Source of the DNA: an uncultured Chloroflexia bacterium
GTDB lineage: Bacteria > Chloroflexota > Limnocylindria > Limnocylindrales > CSP1-4
Length of the DNA: 64,000 nt
Reading direction: 5' to 3'
Assembly (NCBI GenBank): GCA_963828165.1
Contig: CAWHDR010000001.1
Span: 512,001 to 576,000 of the forward strand
The position numbers were made by a program, and so were the translations under genes. Under the pieces are notes generated by a model. That model saw nothing but the letters and a program-made list of their open reading frames with translations, searched no databases and was not told the origin of the DNA. Positions within the stretch are counted from its first letter, which is position 1, and each line of letters opens with the position of its first letter. Shown here in pieces: positions 47,431-57,976 of this stretch.

Positions 47431-47862
47431 ATGAGCGGAGCCCACGACCACGCCGATGAGATCCAGCATGTCTGCCCCACCTGCCAGCAGCCCGTCCGCC
47501 ACGCCAAGATCGACGTGATCGACGTTGCGCGGGCCGTCGAGGCGGACAAGCTGACCGAGGCTGACGTTTTCAAGCGGACCTATCTCGGTCACGGAACGCA
47601 GTCGAGCGTGTTCGTGTTCCAGGGGCATCCCGGGCCGTTCAAGACCCACGTCCACGTGACCCATGACGAGATCGGCTACGTCCTGGAGGGAACCGGCGAG
47701 GTGACGGTCGGCGGCGTGACGCGACCCGTCAAGAAGGGCGACGTCTGGGTCATCCCGGCGAACACGCCGCACGGCGGCCAGTTCGAGGACGCCCCGCAGG
47801 TCCTGTTCATCTCGTCGCCGATCGACGATCCGGACAACCAGGACCGCGTCTGGATCGATTGA
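47431..47862 (+). CDS. cupin-domain protein with N-terminal CxxC
   Basis: HVHVTHDEIGYVLEG and GDVWVIPANTPH; CPTC. Confidence 0.85.
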   Translation: MSGAHDHADEIQHVCPTCQQPVRHAKIDVIDVARAVEADKLTEADVFKRTYLGHGTQSSVFVFQGHPGPFKTHVHVTHDEIGYVLEGTGEVTVGGVTRPVKKGDVWVIPANTPHGGQFEDAPQVLFISSPIDDPDNQDRVWID

Positions 47863-47880
47863 GTCGCGTAAGGCCTCCCT

Positions 47881-48453
47881 TCAGCCGGCCGCCGGCTCGA
47901 AGAGGTGCGCTGCGGCGGCCCGGGTGAGCGCTTCGGGGTCATCGATCGGTCCGCCGCGCAGGCTGCCCTGGAGCCAGAGGGTGGCGATGCCATGGACGAG
48001 GGCCCACGCCGCCGTCCCGGCGATCCGCCTGGCGGCTTCCTCCCCGTCGACCGCGGCGACCGAGCCGACCGGGCCGTAGAGCATGGCCGCGGACGCGGCG
48101 GTCGCCCGGACGAGTTCGGGATCCGCAACATCCACGAGGTCCGGCCGGAACATGACCGCGAAATGGCCGGGGTGCGTGACGGCGTAGCGAACGTACGCGA
48201 CGCCGACCTCGAGGAACGAGCCGGTTTCCTTCCATGTCGCGGCCGTGGCTGCGGCGAGCTCGTCGTAGCCCTCGGCGGCGATCGCGGTCAGCAGGCCCTG
48301 CCGGTCACCGAAGTGGTGGGTCGGGGCGGCGTGGGACACGTCGCAGCGCCGGGCCAGGGCTCGCAGGTTGAGCGCGGCGACGCCATCGGTCGCGATCGTG
48401 TCGAGGGCTGCGTCCAGGAGCGCGCGACGAAGGTTCCCGTGGTGGTACGGCAT
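47881..48453 (-). CDS. TetR regulator (WHG C-terminal domain)
   Basis: YHHGNLRRALL, VSHAAPTHHF, WALVHG. Confidence 0.93.
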   Translation of the reverse strand: MPYHHGNLRRALLDAALDTIATDGVAALNLRALARRCDVSHAAPTHHFGDRQGLLTAIAAEGYDELAAATAATWKETGSFLEVGVAYVRYAVTHPGHFAVMFRPDLVDVADPELVRATAASAAMLYGPVGSVAAVDGEEAARRIAGTAAWALVHGIATLWLQGSLRGGPIDDPEALTRAAAAHLFEPAAG

Positions 48454-48475
48454 CGTGGTCTGGATGATACCTGCT

Positions 48476-48528
48476 ATCTAGTCATTGACAAGTTGGGACG
48501 CTACGATGCATCTTGTCGACGACAAGTT
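48476..48528. promoter_or_regulatory. two TetR operators
   Basis: ATCTAGTC-att-GACAAGTT (48476) and ATCTTGTC-gac-GACAAGTT (48510) in the divergent intergenic region. Confidence 0.7.
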
Positions 48529-48559
48529 ACTCCCCTGACCCGCCGAAGGAACGACCCAG

Positions 48560-48979
48560 ATGGAACCGACCCTCATCCTCTCCGATGCCGCCCGCCTGAC
48601 CGCCGGCGTGCTGCTCATCACGATCGTCCTGATCGAGACCGGCGGTTTGTATTTGCTCTCGATCGTGGGTGGGCGGGTCGAGCGAACGCCCTTCCAGATC
48701 GCCTTCGCGCGAGCCGGCCACGCCCACGCGGGCGTGCTCGTGACGCTGGCTCTCGTGATCCAGCTGCTGGCGGACGCCGTCGTACTCGACGGGCCGGTCG
48801 GCTGGCTCGCCCGCAGCGGTGTCGCCGTCGCGGCCATCCTCATGCCGGCAGGGTTCTTCCTGTCGTCGATAGCGCCGGGCGCGACCCGGCCGAACCGGCT
48901 GGTCGCCCTGGTCGTGATCGGCGCGATATTCCTGGGCCTCGGCGCGGCCAGTCTCGGGATCGCGTTGCTGGCTGGCTAG
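48560..48979 (+). CDS. 4-TM membrane protein (AGHAHAG motif)
   Basis: 139 aa, IETGG and [12 protein letters not shown]; divergent from the TetR gene. Confidence 0.8.
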   Translation: MEPTLILSDAARLTAGVLLITIVLIETGGLYLLSIVGGRVERTPFQIAFARAGHAHAGVLVTLALVIQLLADAVVLDGPVGWLARSGVAVAAILMPAGFFLSSIAPGATRPNRLVALVVIGAIFLGLGAASLGIALLAG

Positions 48980-49029
48980 CGGCCTACGGCAGGATCTGTG
49001 GCCCGCCGGAAGGAGCCGCCCCTGGAGAG

Positions 49030-50602
49030 CTAGCCGCGGCGCTCGGACCGGGCGAACCGCTCCCCGGGAAGGACGTTCGGGCGTCCCGAAGGCTGACCGC
49101 CGGGCCGTGGCCCGGGCCGCCCGCCGGTTCCGCCATTGCCGATCCCCTGTCCGGGACGGTGTGGCGCCGGCCGGCCGTGCGCCGGTCGTCCCTGGGCCGG
49201 ACGTCCCTGGGTGGGTCGGCCGTGTGATGGGTACGGCTGTCCGGGTCGTCCCTGGCCCGGTCGTCCCTGGGCCGGCGTGCGGCTGCACCGGCCGTCCCTC
49301 CGCTGGCGCTCCGCCGGGATGGAACGCGGGCGACGAACGCCTGGGTGCGGCATATCCGCCGCGGTCCGCCGGCGCCCCGCCGCGCGGACCGCGTGGGCCA
49401 CGCGAGTCGGGTCGGCCGCGACCCAGGCCACCACGCAGGATGGGTTCGGGGCGGACGGATCGATCGGGCTCGAACCCGGCGACGATCTCTTGCGGGATCG
49501 GCGCTCCCAGCACGCGCTGGATCTCGCCGAGGAGCTTCAGCTCATCGACGCAGACCAGCGAGACGGCGTGGCCGGGCGAACCGGCACGCCCCGTCCGCCC
49601 GATGCGATGGACGTAGTCCTCGGGGACCATCGGCAGCTCGTAGTTGACGACGTGGGGCAGGCCGTCGATATCGAGCCCGCGCGCGGCGATCTCGGTGGCG
49701 ACCAGGATCGGCGTACGGCCGGTCTTGAAGTCGGCGAGGGCGCGGACCCGCTGGCCCTGGCTCTTGTTGCCATGGATCGCCACCGCGGCGATGCCGTCGC
49801 GGCCGAGCTGCTCGGCGAGTCGGTTCGCACCGTGCTTCGTGCGGGTGAAGACGAGCGCCTGATCGACGGCGCCGGTGCGGATGAGGTGGCTGAGCAGCTC
49901 GCGCTTGCGCTCGCGGTCGACCGGGTGGACGACCTGCGTCACGAGCGGCGTGGCGGAGTTGCGAGGGGTGACCTGGACGGATGCGGGCTCGTGCAGGAAG
50001 CCGCGCGCCAGCGATCGGATCTCCTCGGAGAAGGTCGCCGAGAACAGCAGGTTCTGGCGCCTCGCGGGCAGGACATCGAGCACCTTGCGAATGTCGCGGA
50101 TGAAGCCCATGTCGAGCATGCGATCGGCCTCGTCGAGGACCAGGATCTCGACGGTCGAAAGGTCGATCGTCCGCTGGCCAAGGTGGTCGAGCAGACGCCC
50201 GGGGGTGGCGACGACGACATCGACGCCGCGGCGCAGGGCATTAGCCTGCCCGGGGAACCCGACGCCGCCGTAGATCGCGGCCGAACGGACGCCCCAGTGG
50301 CGGCCGTAGACGCGGACGCTTTCCTCGACCTGGAGCGCGAGCTCACGGGTCGGGGCGAGGACGAGGGCACGGATCGGCCGGCGGCCCGAGCGCGGGTCGA
50401 TGTTCGGGGGGCCCATGTTCTGGAGCATCGGCAGCACGAACGCGGCGGTCTTGCCGGTGCCCGTCTGGGCATTGGCCATGAGGTCGCGGCCCTCGAGGAC
50501 GAGCGGGATGGCTTCGGCCTGGACGGGGGTGGGCTCGGTGTAGCCCTGGTCCGCGACGGCGCGGAGGAACTCGGGCGCGAGCCCAAGGGTAGAGAAGGAC
50601 AT
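49030..50602 (-). CDS. DEAD-box RNA helicase (RhlE-like), frameshift near 49278
   Basis: [31 protein letters not shown]; natural tail (QGRP repeats...[13 protein letters not shown]) lies in the frame ending at 49030. Confidence 0.9.
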
Positions 50603-50785
50603 GGTGAGAACGGACTCCTGAGGGCCCACCCGCGGTGTCGCGGGGCCCGGTCAGGGCGCTGTACGTGGTTCGGGATCGAAACGGGATGAACCGGGGCGCC
50701 GACCGGAGCGCCTCATCGAGCACGAGAAGGTGGAAGCATAGCCGACCCGGCCCGAACGCGCCTACGGGGTCCGAGGCCAGGGAAG

Positions 50786-50861
50786 TGGAGCGGGAGACGA
50801 GGCTCGAACTCGCGACATGCAGCTTGGAAGGCTGCCGCTCTACCAACTGAGCTACTCCCGC
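50786..50861 (-). tRNA. tRNA-Gly (TCC)
   Basis: GCGGGAGTAGCTCAGTTGGTAGAGCGGCAGCCTTCCAAGCTGCATGTCGCGAGTTCGAGCCTCGTCTCCCGCTCCA; 76-nt cloverleaf with encoded CCA. Confidence 0.97.
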
Positions 50862-50892
50862 GTGACCAAGACGCTATCACGCTCGCCCGATG

Positions 50893-51393
50893 TCAGACGT
50901 CCGCGCGCGTGGCCGCGACCGGCAGGATGAGCGCGAGGGCGATGTAGACGATCCCAAGGATGCCCGCCGTGACAAGCGTCCCGAGGATGAACACGGTGCG
51001 CACCCAGTCGACGTCGATCTCCGAGTAGGCAGCGATGCCGGTGCACACGCCGGCGATCTCCTGTCCCTCGCGGATCCGCTGGAGGCGCCGCCCCCGCGGG
51101 CGCCCGCGGGACTCCCCCGCCACCGGCTCGTGACCCGTGTCGACCGTCCCGATCGCCTCGAGCACGCCGTCGATGTCGGCCGCCGTGACCAGGCGATCGT
51201 CGGAGCCGATCAAGGCGCTGAGCCGATCGCCGATGGATCGCTCGAGGTCGCCCAGGACCTCGGCTCGGTCCGGATCGTCCGACAGACGTGAGGTGGCTCG
51301 GTCGAGGTACCGCGCAAGCCGCCCATAGGCGTCCTCTGCAAGTCGATATGGCTCCGCGTGGCCGCGAAGGCTGATGAGCATCGTCCTTTTCAT
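50893..51393 (-). CDS. PspC-domain protein
   Basis: RRLQRIREGQEIAGVCTGIAAY...IVYIALALILP. Confidence 0.9.
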   Translation of the reverse strand: MKRTMLISLRGHAEPYRLAEDAYGRLARYLDRATSRLSDDPDRAEVLGDLERSIGDRLSALIGSDDRLVTAADIDGVLEAIGTVDTGHEPVAGESRGRPRGRRLQRIREGQEIAGVCTGIAAYSEIDVDWVRTVFILGTLVTAGILGIVYIALALILPVAATRADV

Positions 51394-51394
51394 G

Positions 51395-51715
51395 TCACCT
51401 TCCCAGTTCGTCGATGAGTGAGGTCAGCGAGGCCCAGTACGCGCGAAACTCGGCGAGATGGTCCCGACCCACCTCGGTCAGGCGGTAGTACTTGCGCGGC
51501 GGTCCCGCCGCCGATTCACGCCAGTCGTAGTCGAGCAGGCCATCGCGCCGCATCCTGCTCAGGAGCGGATAGAGGGTCCCCTCGCGGGTCGCGAAGTCCG
51601 TCGGATCGAGGCGCTCCAGGATGTCCGCGACGTAGACGTCGCCCGTCGAGACGATGTCGAGGATCAGGAATTCCAGGAGTCCCCTGCGAAGCGGGCTCAG
51701 CTTCGAGTCGTCCAT
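51395..51715 (-). CDS. PadR-family regulator
   Basis: LRRGLLEFLIL, EGTLYPLLSRM, GPPRKYYRLT. Confidence 0.94.
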   Translation of the reverse strand: MDDSKLSPLRRGLLEFLILDIVSTGDVYVADILERLDPTDFATREGTLYPLLSRMRRDGLLDYDWRESAAGPPRKYYRLTEVGRDHLAEFRAYWASLTSLIDELGR

Positions 51716-51722
51716 TTCCTAC

Positions 51723-51752
51723 CATGCTACCTTGTCTACGAAAGGTAGCATG
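51723..51752. promoter_or_regulatory. PadR operator palindrome
   Basis: CATGCTACCTT-N8-AAGGTAGCATG perfect 11-bp arms immediately upstream of padR. Confidence 0.7.
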
Positions 51753-51796
51753 CCGTACGACACCCAGTCAAGGGCAGAAATGTGGTTCCCGGGCGC

Positions 51797-52672
51797 TCAG
51801 CAGGCGACGGGGCGAGGCCTCGGATGCGACGCGGCGTAGGTCGTGACAGCCGTCGAGAGCCGCTTGGCGCTCACGACGAGCTTCGGATATCGCCAGTTCG
51901 GACCCTCGGACGTGTACAACCAGAGGCGCTCCGAAGTGACCGTGAACGCCGACTGGATCGAGGTCACATGGCGGCGGACGGACACGATCTGGTAGGTCGA
52001 GACCCTCGAATCGCTCGTGTACACCTTGACCTTCATGCCGATCAGGCTCGCCCCGTTGTTGATCTTGGACCTCGTAAGCAGGGGCAGGAACATCCCGGTC
52101 CGAGCGTGGGCGTAGATCAGCGTCACCCCTGGCTCTCGCGGCTGCATGAGCTCGCGCATGTACATCGCGACCTTGCACGGCGGATAGCCCGCCGGGCCCT
52201 TCATGACCGCCAGGTTGATGCCGAGGCTCGAGACGACGATGCGGGTCGCGACCGCGAAGGTCAGGTTCGCGCAGCGGACGTGTGTGCCACTGACCGTGCG
52301 GAAGACGATCGGGCCCGTCCGGGCGACTTTCCAGATCGCGGACATCTTCGTCCCAGACACGTTGCGGATCGTGTTGATCTCGCCGCTCGCAGTCGACGTC
52401 ACCCGCACGAATGAGGCGCGCAGGGAGCCAAGGTTGGCGCAGCTGCCGGCGCGGATCTCGACCGAATAGGAGGCGTTGGCCTTCATGGCCTTGAGGCGAA
52501 GGGTCACGAGGCCCGTGCTGTTGGTGTACGCACGCAGCGACACGCGACCGTTGACGGCGTTCGTGCCGACGGGGGCCTGCCACAGCCGCTTCGTCGTCAG
52601 CGCCATCGCTGGACCGACATTCATGGTCAGGACCAGCACGACTGCCAGGATGACCGGCCACATCCGGCGCAT
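51797..52672 (-). CDS. secreted protein with sortase-like C-terminal domain (Cys replaced by Ser)
   Basis: TRIVVSSLGINLAV, PREPGVTLIYAH, ERLWLYTSEG, KLVVSA. Confidence 0.7.
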   Translation of the reverse strand: MRRMWPVILAVVLVLTMNVGPAMALTTKRLWQAPVGTNAVNGRVSLRAYTNSTGLVTLRLKAMKANASYSVEIRAGSCANLGSLRASFVRVTSTASGEINTIRNVSGTKMSAIWKVARTGPIVFRTVSGTHVRCANLTFAVATRIVVSSLGINLAVMKGPAGYPPCKVAMYMRELMQPREPGVTLIYAHARTGMFLPLLTRSKINNGASLIGMKVKVYTSDSRVSTYQIVSVRRHVTSIQSAFTVTSERLWLYTSEGPNWRYPKLVVSAKRLSTAVTTYAASHPRPRPVAC

Positions 52673-52830
52673 CTCGGACCCCCTTCGATACCGCGACGCT
52701 AGTCGGTCGCCTCCCTGAGGCTATCGGACAGGACCAGCGGCGGATAGCGCCAGGACGAAATTCCGGTGCCCTGCGCACGGTCGAGCCGCCGGTGGCGGGC
52801 CCACCTCGGCGCATGTTCGCTGGCCGCAGG

Positions 52831-53220
52831 CTAGCCCTTGCGCTCGAGGATCGGACGTGCGATGTCGGGCTTGTCGACGACGAATGCGAACATCGCGCGA
52901 TCGCCCCAGCGGCCCAGGAACAGGTGGCCCTGGATGTTGACGCCGGCATCGGCCAGCGCGCGTGAGAGGCGCGCCATGCCGCCCGGCTTGTCGTCGACCT
53001 CGGTGACCAGCGATTCGCCCTCGATGTACGTGTAGCCCTGCTCGTCGAGCACGGCCTTCGCGGCGTCGTCGTCGGCCGTCGTCATGATCACGTGCCCGGA
53101 GTCGCCGATACTGCCGCCACCGATCGCTCGCAGGTCCACGCCCCGCGCCGCCAGCGCCTCGGCGAGGGTCGCCATCGCGCCCGGCTCATTCTTCAACTGG
53201 ACCACGAATTGGTTGGCCAT
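52831..53220 (-). CDS. ACT-domain pair protein
   Basis: LKNEPGAMA and VDDKPGGMA...AGVNI. Confidence 0.88.
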   Translation of the reverse strand: MANQFVVQLKNEPGAMATLAEALAARGVDLRAIGGGSIGDSGHVIMTTADDDAAKAVLDEQGYTYIEGESLVTEVDDKPGGMARLSRALADAGVNIQGHLFLGRWGDRAMFAFVVDKPDIARPILERKG

Positions 53221-53294
53221 GGTGGTGACGGTCCTCCGGGGGTCGACTGAGCGTGGCCGGGATTCTATCCCCCGCGAGGTGCTACGGTCGGACG

Positions 53295-54160
53295 ATGATC
53301 GAGACGGACCTGCCGGACGCCGTGGCCGCCGCGCTCCGGTCGCCGTCGGAAGGCGAACGGCTCGCGGTCGAGGCGGCCGGGATCCCGTGGTCGGCGCTGG
53401 CCTGGGGCGATCCTGGGGCGCGGCCGCTGCTGCTGATCCACGGCGTGACCTCGTCCGCGGCCATCTGGTGGCGCGTCGGGCCGGCGCTCGCCGCCACGGG
53501 CCGGCGGGTCATCGCCGTCGACCAGGCGGGTCACGGTCGAACGGGACATTGGCAGGGCCATCACCGATTTCGAGACAACGCGACCGACGTGGCCGCCTTC
53601 ATCCGCGCGGCCGACCTGGACCGCGACGATCTCCAGGTGATCGGCCACTCGTGGGGCGCGATGACGGGGGCAGCCCTCCCCGCCGCCGGGTTCCGGCCGG
53701 CAACGATCGTCCTGGTCGACCCACCGGTCGTGTCCCACGCGTTCATGGCGGCGCAAGCGGCAGAATCGGACGAGCAGGGCTACCCGGACGATCGACGCGG
53801 CCGATCGCTGCGGTCCATGCCGCCAACCCGGACTGGGACGACGGTGATATCCGCGCCAAGGCCGAAGCGCTGACCCAGCTGGACGAGTCTGCGGCCCGTT
53901 CCGTGTTCCTCGACAACGGCGACTGGGACGGCGGGCTGGGAGACCTCGCGGACCCGACCGCCGCCGGCATCCCGGTCTGGCTCGTCCGCGGCGATCCTGC
54001 GACCGGCGGCTACATCGCGGACGCCGTCCTGCCCGCCTACGCGGCTCTGATCGGCGCGGACCACATCATCACGATCGCCGGCGCGCCCCATTCGCCGCAG
54101 CGCACCAACCCCGTGGAGACGACCGCGGCCCTGATCCGAGCCCTCGACTCGACCGCCTGA
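53295..54160 (+). CDS. alpha/beta hydrolase (frameshift near 53795)
   Basis: LIHG, DQAGHG, GHSWG; downstream frame PVWLVRGD...GAPHSP. Confidence 0.85.
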
Positions 54161-54178
54161 CCCGAGCTCATTCGCTCG

Positions 54179-55691
54179 CTAGCGCGTCGCCCGCTCCTCG
54201 CCGCGGATCGCGACCGCCCGCCGATACGCCTCGACGTACTTCGGCGCCGAGCCGGTCACCCAGCCGAAATCGACCGCCATGCCGCGATCGACCAGGCCGT
54301 TCCACGCGGCACCGCCCGACGGCGCGCAGCTCGAATGCCCGCCGGCACGCTTCGAGCAGCGCCTCGGGCGTCTCGCGGTCGAAGACGAACCCGGTCCCCT
54401 TGCCCGGGTGGCGCGGTCTCGTCGATGACCGTGTCGGCCAGCCCGCCCGTGCGGTGGACGATCGGCGGGGTCCCATAGCGCAGCGCGATCATCTGGCCCT
54501 GGCCGCACGGCTCGAACCGCGACGGCATCGCGAAGAAGTCGGCGCCGGCGTAGATCTTGCGCGCCAGCGCGCGGTCGAACCGCTCGACGAGCGCGACCCG
54601 ATCGGGCGACGCCGTCGCGAGCGCGCGGAACGCATCGGCGAGCGACGGATGGCCCGTGCCCTGGACGATGACCCGGGCCCCCGCCGCCAGCAGGTCGGGC
54701 GTGGCGTCGGCGAGCAGGTCGAAGCCCTTCTGCGGATCGAGCCGCCCGATCATGCCGATGACCGGGCCGTCGTCGGCCGGATCGAAGCCGACCCGTTCGA
54801 GCAGGTCCGCCCGGCACGCGGCCTTGCCCGCGAGGTCGTCCCGCGAGAAGGGCGCGGCAAGATCCCGGTCCGTGGCCGGGTCCCAGACGGCGTTGTCGAG
54901 CCCGTTGAGGATCCCGATGAACCGATCGCCCCGACGCCGCAGCAGGCCGTCCAGGCCCATCCCGAACTCCGGCGTCAGCGCTTCGCGGGCATAGGTCGGC
55001 GAGACCGTGTTGACGATCTCGGCCGCCTCGATGCCGGCCGCCAGCAGGTCGACGCCGTCCGCGTTCTGGCCAGGAGCCGCGCCACCCGGCCGCAGCCCGA
55101 GCTCCGGCAGGGCGGCATTGTCGGTCCAGCCGTGATAGGCGAGGTTGTGCAGCGTCGTCACGACGGCAGCCGGTCCGATGAGCGGGTCGTCGTCGAACCG
55201 CTCCCCCCGCAAGATCGCGGTCGGCCCGGCCTGCCAGTCGTGCAGGTGCAGCACGTCGACCGGACGCCCGTCGGCCCGTAGCGCCTCGAGAGCGGTCCGG
55301 CAGTACAGCCCGAACCGCCAGGCGTTGTCGGCGTAGTCCCCGGCGTCGTCGCCGTAGAAGCCCTCGCGATCGAACGCCGGCGGGTGGTCGACGAGCCGCA
55401 GGCGGTACCCGTTCGCGGCCACGTCCACGATGGTCACCGCCGACGACCCCGTCCGCGCCCGCGGATCCGGCACGGCCAGCGTCGTCTCGCCGAGGATGGT
55501 CGCCCCGATCGGGGTCCGGTACGCCGCGGTAGCGCGGCAGGAACACGTCGATCGGACCGTCGACGCCATCGACCTCCGGGTGGCCCGAGCGCCCGGGCCA
55601 GCGCATCCACCACGTCCGCCAGGCCACCGGTCTTCGCCCACGGCTCGCACTCGGCGGCCAGGAAGGCGACGCGCAGTCCCATCGGATCCAT
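54179..55691 (-). CDS. glgA: glycogen synthase (several frameshifts)
   Basis: KTGGLADV, LHDWQ, TLHNLAYHG, NTVSPTYA, GRLDPQKG, PSRFEPCG, TGGLADTV across frames. Confidence 0.88.
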
Positions 55692-55783
55692 GGTAGCCCG
55701 CCGCCCGGACGACGGAGGATCGGTTGCTGCCGTTCGACTAAACCGGTTCACACGGCACCGGCGACCCGCTATCATGCGCGCGC

Positions 55784-57976
55784 ATGGACCCCGTCTCCAT
55801 CCCGTCGATCCCGGCGGCCAGCTTTCCCCTGCCACCCCGTCTCGAAGGCCTCCGGCGGCTCGCCTACAACCTCCGCTGGGCATGGGATCCGCGAACCCGG
55901 AACCTGTGGAGCCTGGTCGACCGGACCGCCTGGACGCGCTATCGCAACCCCATCCCGGTCATCAGCGGTCCCGACGGAGTGGTCCCGCCTCCTCGACGAC
56001 GAGAAGTTCCTGGCCGAGTACCACGACGTCCTGGGCGAGTTCGACCGCTACATGGCCGACGGCTCGGGCCACTGGTTCCACCGGCGAGCACGGCGACAAG
56101 CTCGACGGCCCGATCGCCTACTTCTGCGCCGAATACGGGATCCACGAATCGCTCGGGCATCTACTCGGGCGGCCTCGGGGTCCTCGCCGGCGACCACATG
56201 AAGTCGGCGAGCGACATGGCCCTGCCGTTCATCGGCGTCGGACTGCTCTACCGCAAGGGCTACTTCCGCCAGTCGATCGACGCGGACGGCCACCAGGAGC
56301 ACAACTACCCCGACTACGACCTCACCCGCCTGCCGATCTCCCGGGTCCAGGACGAGAACGGGCTGCCGCTGACGGTCACCTCGAGCTGCCCGGGCGCGAT
56401 GCTGGCGATCGCCGTCTGGCTGGCGCAGGTGGGGCGCGTGCCGGTCCTCCTCCTCGACACGGACGTCGCCGAGAACGCCGTCGAAGACCGAGCCGATCAC
56501 CCACATCCTGTACGTCCGCGGCCGCGAGATGCGTCTGCATCAGGAGCTCGTGCTGGGCATCGGCGGTGTGCGGGCGATCCGCGCACTCGGCCTGGCCCCG
56601 GCCGTCTGGCACCTCAACGAGGGCCACTCGGCGTTCCTGCTCGCCGAACGGGCCCGCGAGTACGTCGCGGCCGGTGCGGAGCTCGAGGATGCCTGGGCAA
56701 GGGTGCGGCGCGACAGCGTGTTCACGATCCACACGCCCGGTCTCGGCCGGCAACGAACGCTTCGACATCGAGCTCGTCCGACGCGTCGCCGGCCCGATGC
56801 TCGACGCCGGCGGCGTGCCCGTGACGAACGTCCTCGAGCTCGGGCTCGGCACGGACGGCGACCGCGAGCCAGTTCGACATGACGGCGTTCAGCCTGCGCC
56901 TGACCAACGGCGCGAACGCCGTCAGCAAGCTCCATGCCGTGACGGCCAACGCGACCTGGAAGGACATCGTCGACCACGAGATCCTGGCGATCACCAACGG
57001 CGTGCACACGGCCCGACCTGGGTCGGTTCGCCGGTCGAGGAGCTCTTCTCGCGCCATCTGGATGCCGACCTGAGCGCGCTCGACGCCGGGCAGCGGACAG
57101 GATCAGTTCTGGGAGCGCCTGAACCGCATCCCGCGCCTGGACCTGTGGGAGGCCCACCTGCGCCAGAAGCGGGAGCTCGCCCTCTTCGTCCAGGGCCGGC
57201 TGCGCAGCCAGTTCGCCCGCCATGGCGAGGCGCCCGTCGATCCTGGCCGAGGTCGGACCAGGCGCTCGACCCGGCGATCATGACCATCGGCTTCGCCCGC
57301 CGGTTCGCGACCTACAAGCGCGCGGCGCTGCTGTTCACCGACATGGACCGGCTCGCCCGGCTGCTGTGGGACCCGGAGCGGCCGCTCCAGGTCATCTTCG
57401 CCGGCAAGGCCCATCCGGCCGACCGTCCCGGCCAGGGGGTCATCCAGGAGATCTTCCAGCGCTCGCGCTCGCCGCAGCTGCGCGGCCGGGTCTTCATCCT
57501 CGAGGACTACGACATGCGCGTCGCGCGGTTCCTCGTCCAGGGCGTCGACGGCTGGCTGAACAACCCGCGCCGCCCGCTCGAGGCATCGGGGACGTCGGGC
57601 ATGAAGGCCGCCCAGAACGGTGTCCCGAACATCAGCGTGCTCGACGGCTGGTGGGACGAGGGCTACGAGGGCGACAACGGCTGGGCGATCGGCGGCCGCG
57701 AGCAGTCGCCCGATGAGGCCGCCCAGGACTGGGCCGACGCCCAGGACCTGTACCGCCTGCTCGAAGAAGAGCTCGATCCCGAGCTACTACGAGCGCGAGG
57801 CGACGGGTGTCCCGACGCGCTGGACCGATGTCATGCGCCGGTCCATGGCGAGCGCGCTCTGGCGCTTCTCTACGACGCGCATGCTCCAGGAATACACCGA
57901 GCTCCTGTACCTGCCGGCGGCCGGCGTCGAGACGTCCGTCACCGTCGCTCGGCCCGTCGTCACGGAGGCCGGTTGA
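55784..57976 (+). CDS. glgP: alpha-glucan phosphorylase (multiple frameshifts)
   Basis: LAYNLRWAW, YSGGLGVLAGDH, HLNEGH, ITNGVH, GFARRFATYKR, GKAHP, EASGTSGMKA. Confidence 0.9.

Noticed and set aside
48527-49029. Helicase ORF extension overlapping the 139-aa membrane gene
   Set aside because: Artefact of the frameshift near 49278; the plus-strand gene has a clear SD, operators and TM pattern.
50786-50861. tRNA-Gly as an island or prophage integration site
   Set aside because: No integrase, no duplicated tRNA 3' end noticed, no compositional shift.
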